Positions 48,734-58,557 of a stretch of 63,721 nt of DNA are shown here, piece after piece. The position numbers and the translations under genes are program-made. Source of the stretch: an uncultured Clostridia bacterium. Lineage in GTDB: Bacteria > Bacillota > Clostridia > Christensenellales > CAG-138. How positions within the stretch are numbered: the stretch's first letter is position 1; each line of letters starts with the position of its first letter. The DNA lies in NCBI GenBank assembly GCA_905235205.1, contig CAJOKM010000001.1, forward strand, positions 1 to 63,721, given 5' to 3'. The notes under the pieces were generated by a model. It saw only the letters and a program-made list of their open reading frames with translations, ran no database searches and was not told where the DNA came from.

Positions 48734-49608
48734 AACGCGTTCTGTGCATTGCCGAAAGCTGCTGCGACCTGGTGTTCGGCGGGCTGTCGAAATTGCCCGC
48801 CCCGGGCGAGGAGATCTTCGGCTCACATTTTTCCGTGCAGCCCGGCGGCGGCGCAAACACCGCTGTTCTGCTTGCAAGAAGCGGCGTGCCGACTGCGTTC
48901 TGGACGCTGCTTGCCGACGACTTTGCAGGTCGGATGGTGCGGTCTGCATTACAGCGGTACGGCGTACAGCTTGCCGCGCATGGGCAAAAAACGGAACGCA
49001 CGCCGGTTTCCGCCGTTCTCAGCACGAAAGAGGATCGCGCGTTTGCCTCGCTTTCAAGCACCGCGGAACTGATCGGCGATCTCGACGTGCTCGACCGCGC
49101 AATCGGCGAAACGGAGATCGTGCATACATATCTCGGATACTGCGACGCTTATCCGATCGCCGCGCTTTGTGCGCGTCACGGTTCGCTGCTGTCCGTGGAC
49201 ACGTCCTTTTGCGATGCAAGAACGACGCTTTTCGAAACGGTTCTGCCGCACGTGGACTGGTGGAAGGGAAATGAATCGGAAGCGATGCGGCTGACCGGTG
49301 CGAGCAACGCGGAGGATGCGCTCGATGCGATTGCAAATCGCGTTCGCAGGGGTGCGGTCGTCACATGCGGCGCGCGCGGAAGCATCGGAAAAGAACGCGG
49401 CGGGACGATCCTAAAACAGGCGGCGATCCCGTCCGGACCGTTTCTGGACGCATGCGGCGCGGGCGACGCGTTTGCGGCGGGATTCCTGCACGCCCTTGCG
49501 CGCGGCGAATCGCTTGAACGGGGAATGCTGCGCGGCGCGCTGCTTTCCGGACGCGTTGTCGCGGCATACGGAGGGTGTCCGCCGGAGATCGATGTTCCGG
49601 TTGAGTAA
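48730..49608 (+). CDS. PfkB/ribokinase-family carbohydrate kinase
   Basis: ATG at 48730 (ATGA overlap with the GH4 stop). GGGANTAV...DACGAGDAFAAGFLHAL. Confidence 0.85.
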   Translation: MKRVLCIAESCCDLVFGGLSKLPAPGEEIFGSHFSVQPGGGANTAVLLARSGVPTAFWTLLADDFAGRMVRSALQRYGVQLAAHGQKTERTPVSAVLSTKEDRAFASLSSTAELIGDLDVLDRAIGETEIVHTYLGYCDAYPIAALCARHGSLLSVDTSFCDARTTLFETVLPHVDWWKGNESEAMRLTGASNAEDALDAIANRVRRGAVVTCGARGSIGKERGGTILKQAAIPSGPFLDACGAGDAFAAGFLHALARGESLERGMLRGALLSGRVVAAYGGCPPEIDVPVE

Positions 49609-49617
49609 ACGATTACG
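49604..49617. promoter_or_regulatory. Candidate LacI/GalR-type operator upstream of the -35
   Basis: AGTAAACGATTACG (6/7 + 5/7 match to GGTAAAC/GTTTACC). Confidence 0.35.
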
Positions 49618-49636
49618 TTATTTTTCCGAAAAATGC

Positions 49637-49665
49637 TTGCAAGCAAAACAGTTCTGTGCTATGAT
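49637..49665 (+). promoter_or_regulatory. Sigma70-type promoter of the three-module lipoprotein gene
   Basis: TTGCAA, 17-nt spacer, TATGAT, with upstream TG (TGCTATGAT). Confidence 0.5.
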
Positions 49666-49673
49666 GCAATTGG

Positions 49674-49687
49674 GGAAAAGGTTTACC
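49674..49687. promoter_or_regulatory. Candidate LacI/GalR-type operator just downstream of the predicted TSS
   Basis: GGAAAAGGTTTACC (perfect right half-site). Confidence 0.3.
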
Positions 49688-49736
49688 CAATTTTTACAAA
49701 CAAGGACAAAAATCAAACACAATCATGGGAGGACGT

Positions 49737-51557
49737 ATGAAGAAACTATCATTGATTTTGGCAGTTTTGATGCTGTTCGTTGCGTTCGGCTGCTCGGGCA
49801 ATCAGCCTGCACCGGCAACGCCGAGCGAAGCTCCCGCGGAACCGACCGCGGAACCGGCAGCGGAGCCCGAACCGGCAATGGAACCGGCTGTGTACAACAG
49901 CGTGGAAGGCTTCCACACCGACAGCGCAACCGAAGGCGAGTGGCAGTACTACTTCAGCATTGACGACGGCGCGAGCGTCACCGATCCGTGCGAAGACATG
50001 ACCGATTACGGCACGTACGGCGGATGGCATCCGTGGGAAGGCGCCTATACGGGCGTCGGCTTCAATCATGACGTTGAAGGGTATCTGGAATTCAACACCG
50101 ACATGCGCGGCGGCATCATGGGCGTCCTTGTGTTTGTCGCACCGGCAACCGGCAAGTACGTTGTAACCGCACAGCTTTGGAATCCCTGGGGTCAGGATCT
50201 GGACAACTTCACGGTCAAGACCGATACAGGCGTTGTCGTGGAACGACCCATGGATGATCTCGTCGACGTATACGGCTTCCTTACGCCGACCGACGTCGAG
50301 CTGAAAGAGGGCGATCGCCTGTACTTCATGTGCAACTCCATGGGCGAGTCCTGGGCAAGCGCATACTCCAACGTCACGATTTACTTCGAGCCGCAGGATG
50401 ATTCCGTGTATGACATTCCCGAGGTCGTGATGCCCGAGAAGGAAGTGCTCGGCGTCGATCCGGATTGGACGCAGGAAGCAAAGTGGAACGCGGTGAAGGA
50501 CTTTGACCGCACCGCAGCGGACGGCAGCAACACGCCTTGGGTCTACGCAACGACCGTTGCTTGGGGCGAGTTCGCGACCAATAAGAAATACGACGAGCCG
50601 GATTGGGACGGCGACGGCGCAGCGGATGCAAACCAGTGGTATTCCGCAGACGGCACCGGCATGGGCTTCAACCTCAACGAAGCGTATGAGGGCAACTATC
50701 TCGAGCTGAACACGACCGATTACGGCGCGACCGTATCCGCGCTCGGCTTCAAGGCACCGGCAGCCGGCAACTATGCGTTCAACGGCTACGTCAGAAACAT
50801 CTGGGGCGCAAGCGCAGGCATGCTCCGCGTCTATAAGGGCAGCGAATCCTTCAAGGAATTCGACGTGAAGGACTATAAGGAAAAGCCCAACGAGTTCTCG
50901 TTCACCGTCGCGCTTGATGAGGGCGAAGTGATCTGGCTGTTTGTCGATTCCGAAGGCGGCTGGGTATCCTCCGCGCTTGCCGTATTCGTCAACGAAGCGG
51001 AAGAGACTCCCGCAGCGGAAGTCAATCTGCTCCAGGATGCGCAGTGGGCTGCGTTCCGTGATTTCGACCGCACCTCGGCAGACGGCAGCAACACGCCGTG
51101 GATCTACGCAACGACCGTTGAATGGGGCACGTTTGCAACCAACGTCAAGTATGACGAACCCGATTGGGACAGCGACGGCACACCAGATGCGAACCAGTGG
51201 TATTCCGAAGACGGAACAGGAATGGGCGTTTCGTTCTCCTATGACGAGGGCTATCTCGAGCTGAACACGACCGATTACGGCGCGACCGTCTCCTGCCTCG
51301 GCTTCAAAGCCCCGGCGGCAGGCACCTATGTGTTCAACGGTTATGTGCGCAATCCGTGGGAGCAGGATATGAACATGCTGCGCGTTTATAAGAATGCGGA
51401 GTACTTCATGGACTTCCCGGCAGGCGAATTCATCGACGCGCCGAATGCGTTCGAGTTCGAAGTTGAGCTTGCGGAAGGCGAAATCGTTTGGGTGTTCGTC
51501 GATTCCAACGGTGGCTGGGTCAGCGCGGCGCTCGCACTGTTCGTAAACCAGAAATAA
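49737..51557 (+). CDS. Lipoprotein built from three ~180-aa homologous modules, function unknown
   Basis: MKKLSLILAVLMLFVAFGCSG lipobox. Pro/Ala/Glu linker. Modules share ...LE(F/L)NT....G....L.F.AP..G.Y......N.W. The last two are nearly identical in long stretches (DFDRT.ADGSNTPW.YATTV.WG.FATN.KYDEPDWD). Confidence 0.8.
   Translation: MKKLSLILAVLMLFVAFGCSGNQPAPATPSEAPAEPTAEPAAEPEPAMEPAVYNSVEGFHTDSATEGEWQYYFSIDDGASVTDPCEDMTDYGTYGGWHPWEGAYTGVGFNHDVEGYLEFNTDMRGGIMGVLVFVAPATGKYVVTAQLWNPWGQDLDNFTVKTDTGVVVERPMDDLVDVYGFLTPTDVELKEGDRLYFMCNSMGESWASAYSNVTIYFEPQDDSVYDIPEVVMPEKEVLGVDPDWTQEAKWNAVKDFDRTAADGSNTPWVYATTVAWGEFATNKKYDEPDWDGDGAADANQWYSADGTGMGFNLNEAYEGNYLELNTTDYGATVSALGFKAPAAGNYAFNGYVRNIWGASAGMLRVYKGSESFKEFDVKDYKEKPNEFSFTVALDEGEVIWLFVDSEGGWVSSALAVFVNEAEETPAAEVNLLQDAQWAAFRDFDRTSADGSNTPWIYATTVEWGTFATNVKYDEPDWDSDGTPDANQWYSEDGTGMGVSFSYDEGYLELNTTDYGATVSCLGFKAPAAGTYVFNGYVRNPWEQDMNMLRVYKNAEYFMDFPAGEFIDAPNAFEFEVELAEGEIVWVFVDSNGGWVSAALALFVNQK
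50458..51554 (+). repeat. Tandem duplication (~560 nt period) inside the lipoprotein gene
   Basis: Module 2 (from ~50458) and module 3 (from ~51018) align along their whole length at protein level. Confidence 0.7.
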
Positions 51558-51586
51558 TCCTTACATCGAAACGTACAGCGAATCTC

Positions 51587-51631
51587 GCAGGAGGTCCGGT
51601 GGAGAAATGCCTCCGCCGACCTCCTGCTTTT
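51587..51631 (+). terminator. Strong intrinsic terminator
   Basis: GCAGGAGGTC(C)GGTGGAG-aaatgc-CTCCGCCGACCTCCTGC (17 bp, one bulge) followed by TTTT. Confidence 0.8.
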
Positions 51632-51650
51632 GAACCGCACGGAGGGGCAG

Positions 51651-54600
51651 ATGGAACCGTTTCGCAGAAAAGAACAGCATTTTACGCATATCCGCACGCT
51701 TCTGGAACGCGGCGTCTATCATGCGGCGCAGCCGCTTTCGATGCATGCACGCATCACAAAGGATCCCGTTCCCTATGAGGACCGTGCAGAGGGCGCGCTC
51801 GTCCCGCTCACGCCCGGCATGCATTGGGGCGATCTGTTCGACTGCGCATGGGTGCATTTCGAGGGGGAGATTCCGGATGCGTATCCGGACGAAGCTGCCC
51901 CGTGCAGCCGGAAGCATCATGCGGTGCTCGTCGACCTTTCCGCGGAAGGGCTTGTGTACAACGCCGGCGGCGAACCGGTGCAGGGATTGACGAGCGCAAC
52001 CTCTCGCAATGAATTCCCGCTCGGACTATGGGGCAAGCGCACTGTTGAGCTCAGGGACTGCGTACAGAACGGACGCATCGATTTCTGGGCGGATTTCACC
52101 TGCTGCGACGTCGAGGGACAGTATCGCAACGGCGGTCGCGTCAAGGAAGCCTGTCTTGCGTGGGTAGACGATCTGTGCCGCGATACGTTCTACGACTGGG
52201 TCATCTGTCAAAGCCTGTTTGTCGGGCTGATGGAAAACGGCGATGCATACGGCGAAACGGTCGGCGCGTTCCTCGAACGGGCGGCGCGCGAGTTTGAATC
52301 GGCGCATGGGCTGACCTATTCCGAAACAAGCGGCGCGATGCAGGGCGATCCGGCGTTTTTGAAGCGAGACGCATACTTTGCGCCCGACAGCGACAGCGCC
52401 GTCGAACAGGCGGGGGAACGCATATCGATCCTGCCGGACGCCGAAACAGAGCCTACGCGAAAGACGCAGCTTGTTCTCGACGGGGATGCGCTGCAGCGCA
52501 TCCGCGACATTCTCGACGAGATCCTGTCCGAACCGAACAGAAATCCATCGATGGTCTATTCGTCGATCGGACACAGCCATCTCGATCTGCTGTTTCTCTG
52601 GACCGAACGCGAGACGTACCGCAAATGTGCGAGGACGCTCGCTAACGTGCTTCGGATCATGGATATCGATCCGACATATAAGTTTACCATGAGCCAGGCA
52701 CCGGTCTACGCATGGCTCAAAGAACGGTACCCGTCGCTGTACGCGCGGATGCTGCGCCGCATCGAAGAAGGACGGTTCGAGATCATCGGCTCGCTGTATA
52801 TCGAGTGCGATACCAATCTGCCCTGCGGCGAATCGCTTGTGCGTCAGCTCCTGTACGGAAAACGCTTTTTCCGCAGGGAGTTCGGGCGCGACATGCGCGT
52901 CTGCTTTCTGCCGGACGTGTTCGGCTATACGGCGGCGCTTCCGCAGCTTCTGAAACTGGCGGACGTACCGTACTTTACGACCAACAAACTTTCCATGAAC
53001 GACACGAACCGCTTCCCGCGCTACACGTTCTGGTGGTACGGGCTCGACGGCTCGCGCGTTCTGACACATATGCTTCCCGAAAACAGCTATACAAGCGCCG
53101 TCGTGCCGCAAATGGCAATCTACGGCGAGCATCATTACACCGACCGGGATCTTTGTCCGCGCGGACTGGAGCTGTTCGGGCTCGGCGACGGCGGAGGAGG
53201 TCCGGGATATGAGCACGTCGAACGCCGCAAACGCATGCGAAACCTGAAGGGCTGTCCCACATTGGAAGACGAGGGCGTCGAAGACTTTTTCGACCGCATC
53301 GCAAAAGGCGCGGAGCGGTATCGCGCATGGCACGGCGAGCTGTATTTCGAGCGGCATCAGGGAACCTATACATCGATTGCAAAGCAAAAGCAATGGAACC
53401 GTACGCTGGAACAGGATCTGCACGCTCTTGAGTTCTGCGCGGCGCTTGCAAACGGAACCGACGGCTACGCGTATCCGTCCGAGTGGCTTCAAAAGGCTTG
53501 GGAGGACGTGCTGCTGTATCAGTTCCACGACTGCCTGCCGGGCAGCGCGATCCGTGAGGTATACGAACAGACGCAGGAGCGCTATGCGCAGCTGCACGAA
53601 ACGGCGCGGGTGCTGACGTTGGAAGCGATGCGAACGCTCGGCAATGGCATGGGCGAAAGCGGCGCGAAGGGCGCGCTGATTCTGAACGCGTCGCCGTTTG
53701 CGCAAAACGGAGAAAACGGCATGCTGCCGCCGTATTCGATCGTTTTCGAACAGGATGCGCCGCGCGATGCGGAAAGAATACCGCTTACCGCGAACGTTTT
53801 CGAAAACGACGCCATTCGCATTCGGATCGAACCGGACGGCACGCTTTCGGAGATTTTCGACCGGCATGCGAATCGCTCACTGTTAAAACCCGGAATGCAC
53901 GGCAATGTGCTGACGCTGTATCCGGATGAACTGACGCACTGGGACATCAACAAGGCTTATCTGACAGAGCCGGGCGAACGCGCCGTGTGCACGGAGCAGA
54001 CGTTCTATCGGCAGGGAAGCAAACAGATCGTGTTATGCGCGTTTCGCGTCGGCGCGGCATCGACGATCCGGCAGCGCATCGTGTTGGAGGATCAAAGCGC
54101 TGCGGTCCGGTTCGAAACGGAGGTCGACTGGCAGGAGGAATACCAAATGCTGCGCGTCGCGTTTCCGACGGACATCGTTTCGGATCATGCATCGTGCGGT
54201 ATTCAGTTCGGGCATATCGAACGGCCGACGCACCACAATACAAGCTGGGACGAAGCGAAGTTCGAGGTGTGCGCGCATAAGTGGGTCGACATGGCGGACG
54301 CTGCGGGCGGGCTTGCGCTGCTGTCGGATTACAAATACGGATATAAGATCTGGGACAATGTACTCGACCTGTGCCTGCTGCGCAGCCAGAACTGCCCCGC
54401 GGAACACGGCGATCGCGGGACGCATGCATTCGCATACGCGATCCTGCCGCACAGCGGCGACGCGTGGGAGGGCGGCGTGATCGCGGAAGGGTATCGGATG
54501 ACCGTTCCGATCATCGCAGAACCGTGGGTTGGCGCGGGCGGCACATCGCGGCATGTGCCGTTTGCCGTGACGGAAGGGACGGCGATTCTTGAAACCGTCA

Positions 54601-54827
54601 AAAAGGCGGAGGACAGCGACGACCTGCTGCTGCGTCTATACGAAGCGCGCGGCGGGGCAACGGTTTCGCGGCTCAGACTCGTCGGCTATGATGCGGTTGC
54701 GCTTTGCAATTTGCTGGAGGAAACGCTTGATGAACCGCTTGAAACGGACGGCGACACGGTCGTACTGCCGTTTCATGCGTTTGAAATCAAAACCGTTCGG
54801 ATTCGAAAGAAGGGAGAAACAAGATGA
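51651..54827 (+). CDS. GH38 alpha-mannosidase (cytoplasmic, 1058 aa)
   Basis: ATG at 51651 with SD GGAGGGG. GHSHLDLLFLW N-terminal metal-site motif. The size and domain order are typical of bacterial GH38. Confidence 0.88.
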   Translation: MEPFRRKEQHFTHIRTLLERGVYHAAQPLSMHARITKDPVPYEDRAEGALVPLTPGMHWGDLFDCAWVHFEGEIPDAYPDEAAPCSRKHHAVLVDLSAEGLVYNAGGEPVQGLTSATSRNEFPLGLWGKRTVELRDCVQNGRIDFWADFTCCDVEGQYRNGGRVKEACLAWVDDLCRDTFYDWVICQSLFVGLMENGDAYGETVGAFLERAAREFESAHGLTYSETSGAMQGDPAFLKRDAYFAPDSDSAVEQAGERISILPDAETEPTRKTQLVLDGDALQRIRDILDEILSEPNRNPSMVYSSIGHSHLDLLFLWTERETYRKCARTLANVLRIMDIDPTYKFTMSQAPVYAWLKERYPSLYARMLRRIEEGRFEIIGSLYIECDTNLPCGESLVRQLLYGKRFFRREFGRDMRVCFLPDVFGYTAALPQLLKLADVPYFTTNKLSMNDTNRFPRYTFWWYGLDGSRVLTHMLPENSYTSAVVPQMAIYGEHHYTDRDLCPRGLELFGLGDGGGGPGYEHVERRKRMRNLKGCPTLEDEGVEDFFDRIAKGAERYRAWHGELYFERHQGTYTSIAKQKQWNRTLEQDLHALEFCAALANGTDGYAYPSEWLQKAWEDVLLYQFHDCLPGSAIREVYEQTQERYAQLHETARVLTLEAMRTLGNGMGESGAKGALILNASPFAQNGENGMLPPYSIVFEQDAPRDAERIPLTANVFENDAIRIRIEPDGTLSEIFDRHANRSLLKPGMHGNVLTLYPDELTHWDINKAYLTEPGERAVCTEQTFYRQGSKQIVLCAFRVGAASTIRQRIVLEDQSAAVRFETEVDWQEEYQMLRVAFPTDIVSDHASCGIQFGHIERPTHHNTSWDEAKFEVCAHKWVDMADAAGGLALLSDYKYGYKIWDNVLDLCLLRSQNCPAEHGDRGTHAFAYAILPHSGDAWEGGVIAEGYRMTVPIIAEPWVGAGGTSRHVPFAVTEGTAILETVKKAEDSDDLLLRLYEARGGATVSRLRLVGYDAVALCNLLEETLDEPLETDGDTVVLPFHAFEIKTVRIRKKGETR

Positions 54828-55513
54828 AACGTTCGGAAATCAACCGGATCATCCGGGAAACCGAAGCACTTTTGAAGGCGCATCAAATCGAGCTTCCGCC
54901 GTTCTTCGGCTGGACGCCGGAGGAATGGACACAAAAAGGACACGAATGCGATGAGATCCGGGACAATGCGCTCGGCTGGGACGTCACGGACTTCGGCGCC
55001 GGACAGTTCGCGTCGATCGGATTGACGGCGCTGACCATCCGCAACGGCAACGCTTCAAACCCGAAGCAGTATCCGAAGCCTTATGCGGAGAAGATCCTGA
55101 TCGCAAAAGAAGGACAGGTCACCCCGCTGCACTTCCATTGGTACAAGATGGAGGACATCATCAATCGCGGCGGCGGCATTCTGAAGATGCAGCTGTTCAA
55201 CGCGACCGAAAACGAAGAACTCGATCTTGTCAATCCGGTCGAGATCGTTTCGGACGGGGTCAGGATGACGATCCCCGCAGGCGGTTTTCTCGAACTGAAG
55301 CCGGGGCAGAGCGTGACCTATACGCAGTACCTGTATCATAAATTCTGGGGCAAAGAGGGGTGCGGCGACGTGATCATAGGTGAAGTTTCGATGTGCAACG
55401 ACGATAATACGGACAACCGGTTCCTCGACGTGCCGGGCAGATTTCCCGCAATCGACGAGGATGAACCGCCGTATCGCCTGCTGTGCAACGAATATCCGTC
55501 GACAAAGGCATGA
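54824..55513 (+). CDS. D-lyxose/D-mannose ketol-isomerase (cupin)
   Basis: ATGA overlap with the GH38 stop. KPYAEKILIAKEGQVTPLHFHWYKMEDIINRGGG cupin motif. Confidence 0.75.
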   Translation: MKRSEINRIIRETEALLKAHQIELPPFFGWTPEEWTQKGHECDEIRDNALGWDVTDFGAGQFASIGLTALTIRNGNASNPKQYPKPYAEKILIAKEGQVTPLHFHWYKMEDIINRGGGILKMQLFNATENEELDLVNPVEIVSDGVRMTIPAGGFLELKPGQSVTYTQYLYHKFWGKEGCGDVIIGEVSMCNDDNTDNRFLDVPGRFPAIDEDEPPYRLLCNEYPSTKA

Positions 55514-56568
55514 GCTGCTGGATCGACGCGCACGTACACGCCTTCGGGGAGACGGATTCGCTTGAGATGCTTCAAAGCATCGAACGGCATTTCGGATACG
55601 ACACGGCGAATTTCCTCAGCGTGGAGGGCATGGGTGACGCGGCGCAGAACGCGCTCGCGATCGGTTGGAAGCTGCTCGACGGGCGCCATTACGCGTTCGG
55701 CGGACTGCACCACAGGTTTGCGTACGATTACGCGGAAGAGATGCGAACGCTTTATGCGATCGGGCTCGACGGCATGAAGATGATTGAAAACAAGCCGACG
55801 GAGCGAAAGCGTCTCGGGATCGCGCAAAACGACCCGTCGCTCGACGCGATGTATGCCGCAGCGGAGGAGATAGGCATTCCGTTCCTCATTCATGTGAACG
55901 ATCCGAAGGAGTTCTGGGACAACGCGGCGATCCCGGATTGGGCAAGAAATGCCGGATACTTTTACGGCGCGGACGGCTTTACGGGCTACGAACAGATCCT
56001 TTCGGAATCGCTTGCAATGTGCGAAAAGCATCCGAAGCTTCGCGTCTGCTTTGCACATTTTCTGTTTCTTTCGGACGATCACGATCGGCTCAGGCGGATC
56101 ATGGACGCGCACGAAAACCTGATGCTGGACGTAACGGCGGGAACGGAAATGTATCCGAACTTCTCGCGGAATGTTCCGCTGTGGCGGCGGTTCTTCGCCG
56201 ATTATGCCGACCGCATCCTGTACGGCACGGACAACTGCGCGCCGATGCGGGGCGAGGACGTGCATATCGCGGAGGTGCTGAATGGGCTTGAACGCGCCTT
56301 CTTCGGAAGCGACGGGGCGATCCCGCTTTGGGACGGTACGGTTTTCGGGCTCGGACTTCCGGAAGCCGCGGTGCAAAAGCTGACGCATGACAACTTCCGG
56401 CGCTTCGCGGGCGATACGCCGCGAGCGATCGACTGCGCGGCGGCAGCGGCATATCTTGAAAAACGGCTGTCGGATCCGCGCTATCGCCTGACCGAAGCGG
56501 AGCGCGCGGTAACGGCAAATATACAAAAAGAGTGCTTGCGAAGGAGCAGTGCTTCCAGTATACTATAA
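55510..56568 (+). CDS. Amidohydrolase-superfamily (TIM-barrel metal hydrolase) protein
   Basis: ATG at 55510 (ATGA overlap). CWIDAHVHAF metal-binding start, with later H/D motifs. Confidence 0.7.
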   Translation: MSCWIDAHVHAFGETDSLEMLQSIERHFGYDTANFLSVEGMGDAAQNALAIGWKLLDGRHYAFGGLHHRFAYDYAEEMRTLYAIGLDGMKMIENKPTERKRLGIAQNDPSLDAMYAAAEEIGIPFLIHVNDPKEFWDNAAIPDWARNAGYFYGADGFTGYEQILSESLAMCEKHPKLRVCFAHFLFLSDDHDRLRRIMDAHENLMLDVTAGTEMYPNFSRNVPLWRRFFADYADRILYGTDNCAPMRGEDVHIAEVLNGLERAFFGSDGAIPLWDGTVFGLGLPEAAVQKLTHDNFRRFAGDTPRAIDCAAAAAYLEKRLSDPRYRLTEAERAVTANIQKECLRRSSASSIL

Positions 56569-56600
56569 ATGGATTCATCATACAGAAAAGGAGCTTTGCT

Positions 56601-57596
56601 ATGGAGAAGCATATCTCGATCAGGGAGATTTCCGAACAGGCGGGGGTTTCCATCGCCACGGTGTCTCGCGTGCTGAACAAGAACGGCCGCTACTCAAAGG
56701 AAACGGAGGAGCGGGTTCTGCGTATTGTTGCCGAGAACAACTACCAGCCGAATCTGATCGCCAAAGGACTTCGCGTGCAGAGCATGAAAAACATCGGTAT
56801 TCTGGTACCGGACATAAACAACGAGTTCTTTACCAAACTGATCTATGAGATCGAACGGCATCTGTTCGCGGCGGGATATGAAACCTTTGTCTGCAATACC
56901 GACGAAGACGAAACGATCGAAAAGACGCATGTTGAGATGATGCAGATGCAGCGCGTCTGCGGGCTTGTGTTTATCTCCGGCACCCCGCACGAACTGACCG
57001 CACAGATCCCGACCGTGTTTATCGACCGTATTTCGGTCGAACCGGACTCGATCGGGTGCATGATTACGAGTGACAATGTAGCGGGCGGTTATCTTGCGAC
57101 GAAGGAACTTTTGGAGCAGGGCGCAAGGCGCATCCTGTTTATGACGAGCCAAAAACGCGTCTCGGCATACGAAGAACGTTTTATGGGCTACTGCAAGGCG
57201 CTGGAGGAATTCGGACTGCCCGAATCGGAACGCCGCGTCGCCGCGCTTAACAGCCTGCATTACGAGGGCGCAAAGGGAAAAATGAGCGAGCTTCTGGATG
57301 CGGGACTGGACATCGACGGCGTGTTCGCCGGATCCGACTGGCTGGCGCTCGGCTGCTACAAGGCGCTTTGCGAACACGGAAAACGGATCCCGGAGGATGT
57401 CAGACTTGCGGGATACGACGATATTTCCATCACGTCGTTCAACGCAATTCCGATTACGACCGTGCATCAGAATGTAGACGAAATGGGGCGTATTGCTGCG
57501 GAGCGGCTGATCGGCGCAATGGCCGGAAAATCAATGGAAACAAGCACCGTTCGGGTTCCCGTGTATCTTGTCCCGCGCGCATCGACCCGCGGATAA
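56601..57596 (+). CDS. LacI-family transcriptional regulator
   Basis: ATG at 56601 with SD AAAGGAG. HTH ISIREISEQAGVSIATVSRVLNKN. Periplasmic-binding-protein-like sugar domain. Confidence 0.9.
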   Translation: MEKHISIREISEQAGVSIATVSRVLNKNGRYSKETEERVLRIVAENNYQPNLIAKGLRVQSMKNIGILVPDINNEFFTKLIYEIERHLFAAGYETFVCNTDEDETIEKTHVEMMQMQRVCGLVFISGTPHELTAQIPTVFIDRISVEPDSIGCMITSDNVAGGYLATKELLEQGARRILFMTSQKRVSAYEERFMGYCKALEEFGLPESERRVAALNSLHYEGAKGKMSELLDAGLDIDGVFAGSDWLALGCYKALCEHGKRIPEDVRLAGYDDISITSFNAIPITTVHQNVDEMGRIAAERLIGAMAGKSMETSTVRVPVYLVPRASTRG

Positions 57597-57637
57597 GCCG
57601 TTCGACCGTCGGACGGCGGATCATCATCGGAGGAACT

Positions 57638-58549
57638 ATGGATCAGACAGAAGTCATGCTCTGCATGGATATCGGAGGAACCAACTGCCGCATCGGCTTA
57701 TGCGACAGATCTTTTGCGCTGCACGAAAAGGAGATCGTATCAACGGAGCGCATGACGGAGAACGGGTTTTCGTCTGCGCTTGTGACGCTGCTCAGAACAT
57801 TTTTGTCGCGTTGCAAAGAAAGGTACTCGGTTCGCGGGATTTCTCTGGGGTTTCCTGCGACGATCGACAAAGCGCGCCGCACCGTTTTGCAGGCGCCGGC
57901 GATTCCGGGCGTGGATAATCTTGCGGTATGCGACCTTTTGGAACGTGAATTTCACCTGCCGGTCTGGCTTGAAAAGGACGTCAACCTGCTGTTTCAGTAT
58001 GATCTGCAGTTTTTGGGACTTCCGAGCGAAGGGCTTCTGATCGGTATTTATTTCGGAACGGGGATCGGCAATGCGATCTTCTTCGACGGCAAGCCGTTTA
58101 TGGGACGCAACGGCGTTGCGGGAGAGCTCGGACACATCCCACAGCTGGGCAACGAACGGGAGTGCGCTTGCGGAAACGTCGGCTGCCTCGAACCGTTCGG
58201 CGGCGGAAAACGGCTCAACGAGCTGTGCAGAAACGTCTTTTCGGAGGACAGTATCCGCACCATTTACCGCGATCATCGCGAGACAGAGCAGGTGCGCGCG
58301 CAGATCGACGCGATGGCGATTGCGGTCGCGACCGAGGTGAACATCCTCGATCCGGAGTATGTCGTGCTCGGCGGGGGACTGCTCCAGATGGAAGGGTTCC
58401 CGACGGAAACGTTTGAAGAACGCATCCGCAGGTATGTGCGCAAGCCGTATCCGGAACGGAACCTGCGCCTCGTGTATTCAAGGCCCAATCAGGAAAACGG
58501 AATCATCGGCGCAGGCATCTACGGATGGGCGCAGATCGACCGGAAGTAA
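57638..58549 (+). CDS. ROK-family sugar kinase
   Basis: ATG at 57638 with SD GGAGGAA. MDIGGTNCRIG ATP motif. Zn motif CACGNVGCLE. Confidence 0.85.
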   Translation: MDQTEVMLCMDIGGTNCRIGLCDRSFALHEKEIVSTERMTENGFSSALVTLLRTFLSRCKERYSVRGISLGFPATIDKARRTVLQAPAIPGVDNLAVCDLLEREFHLPVWLEKDVNLLFQYDLQFLGLPSEGLLIGIYFGTGIGNAIFFDGKPFMGRNGVAGELGHIPQLGNERECACGNVGCLEPFGGGKRLNELCRNVFSEDSIRTIYRDHRETEQVRAQIDAMAIAVATEVNILDPEYVVLGGGLLQMEGFPTETFEERIRRYVRKPYPERNLRLVYSRPNQENGIIGAGIYGWAQIDRK

Positions 58550-58557
58550 CGCGGCGC

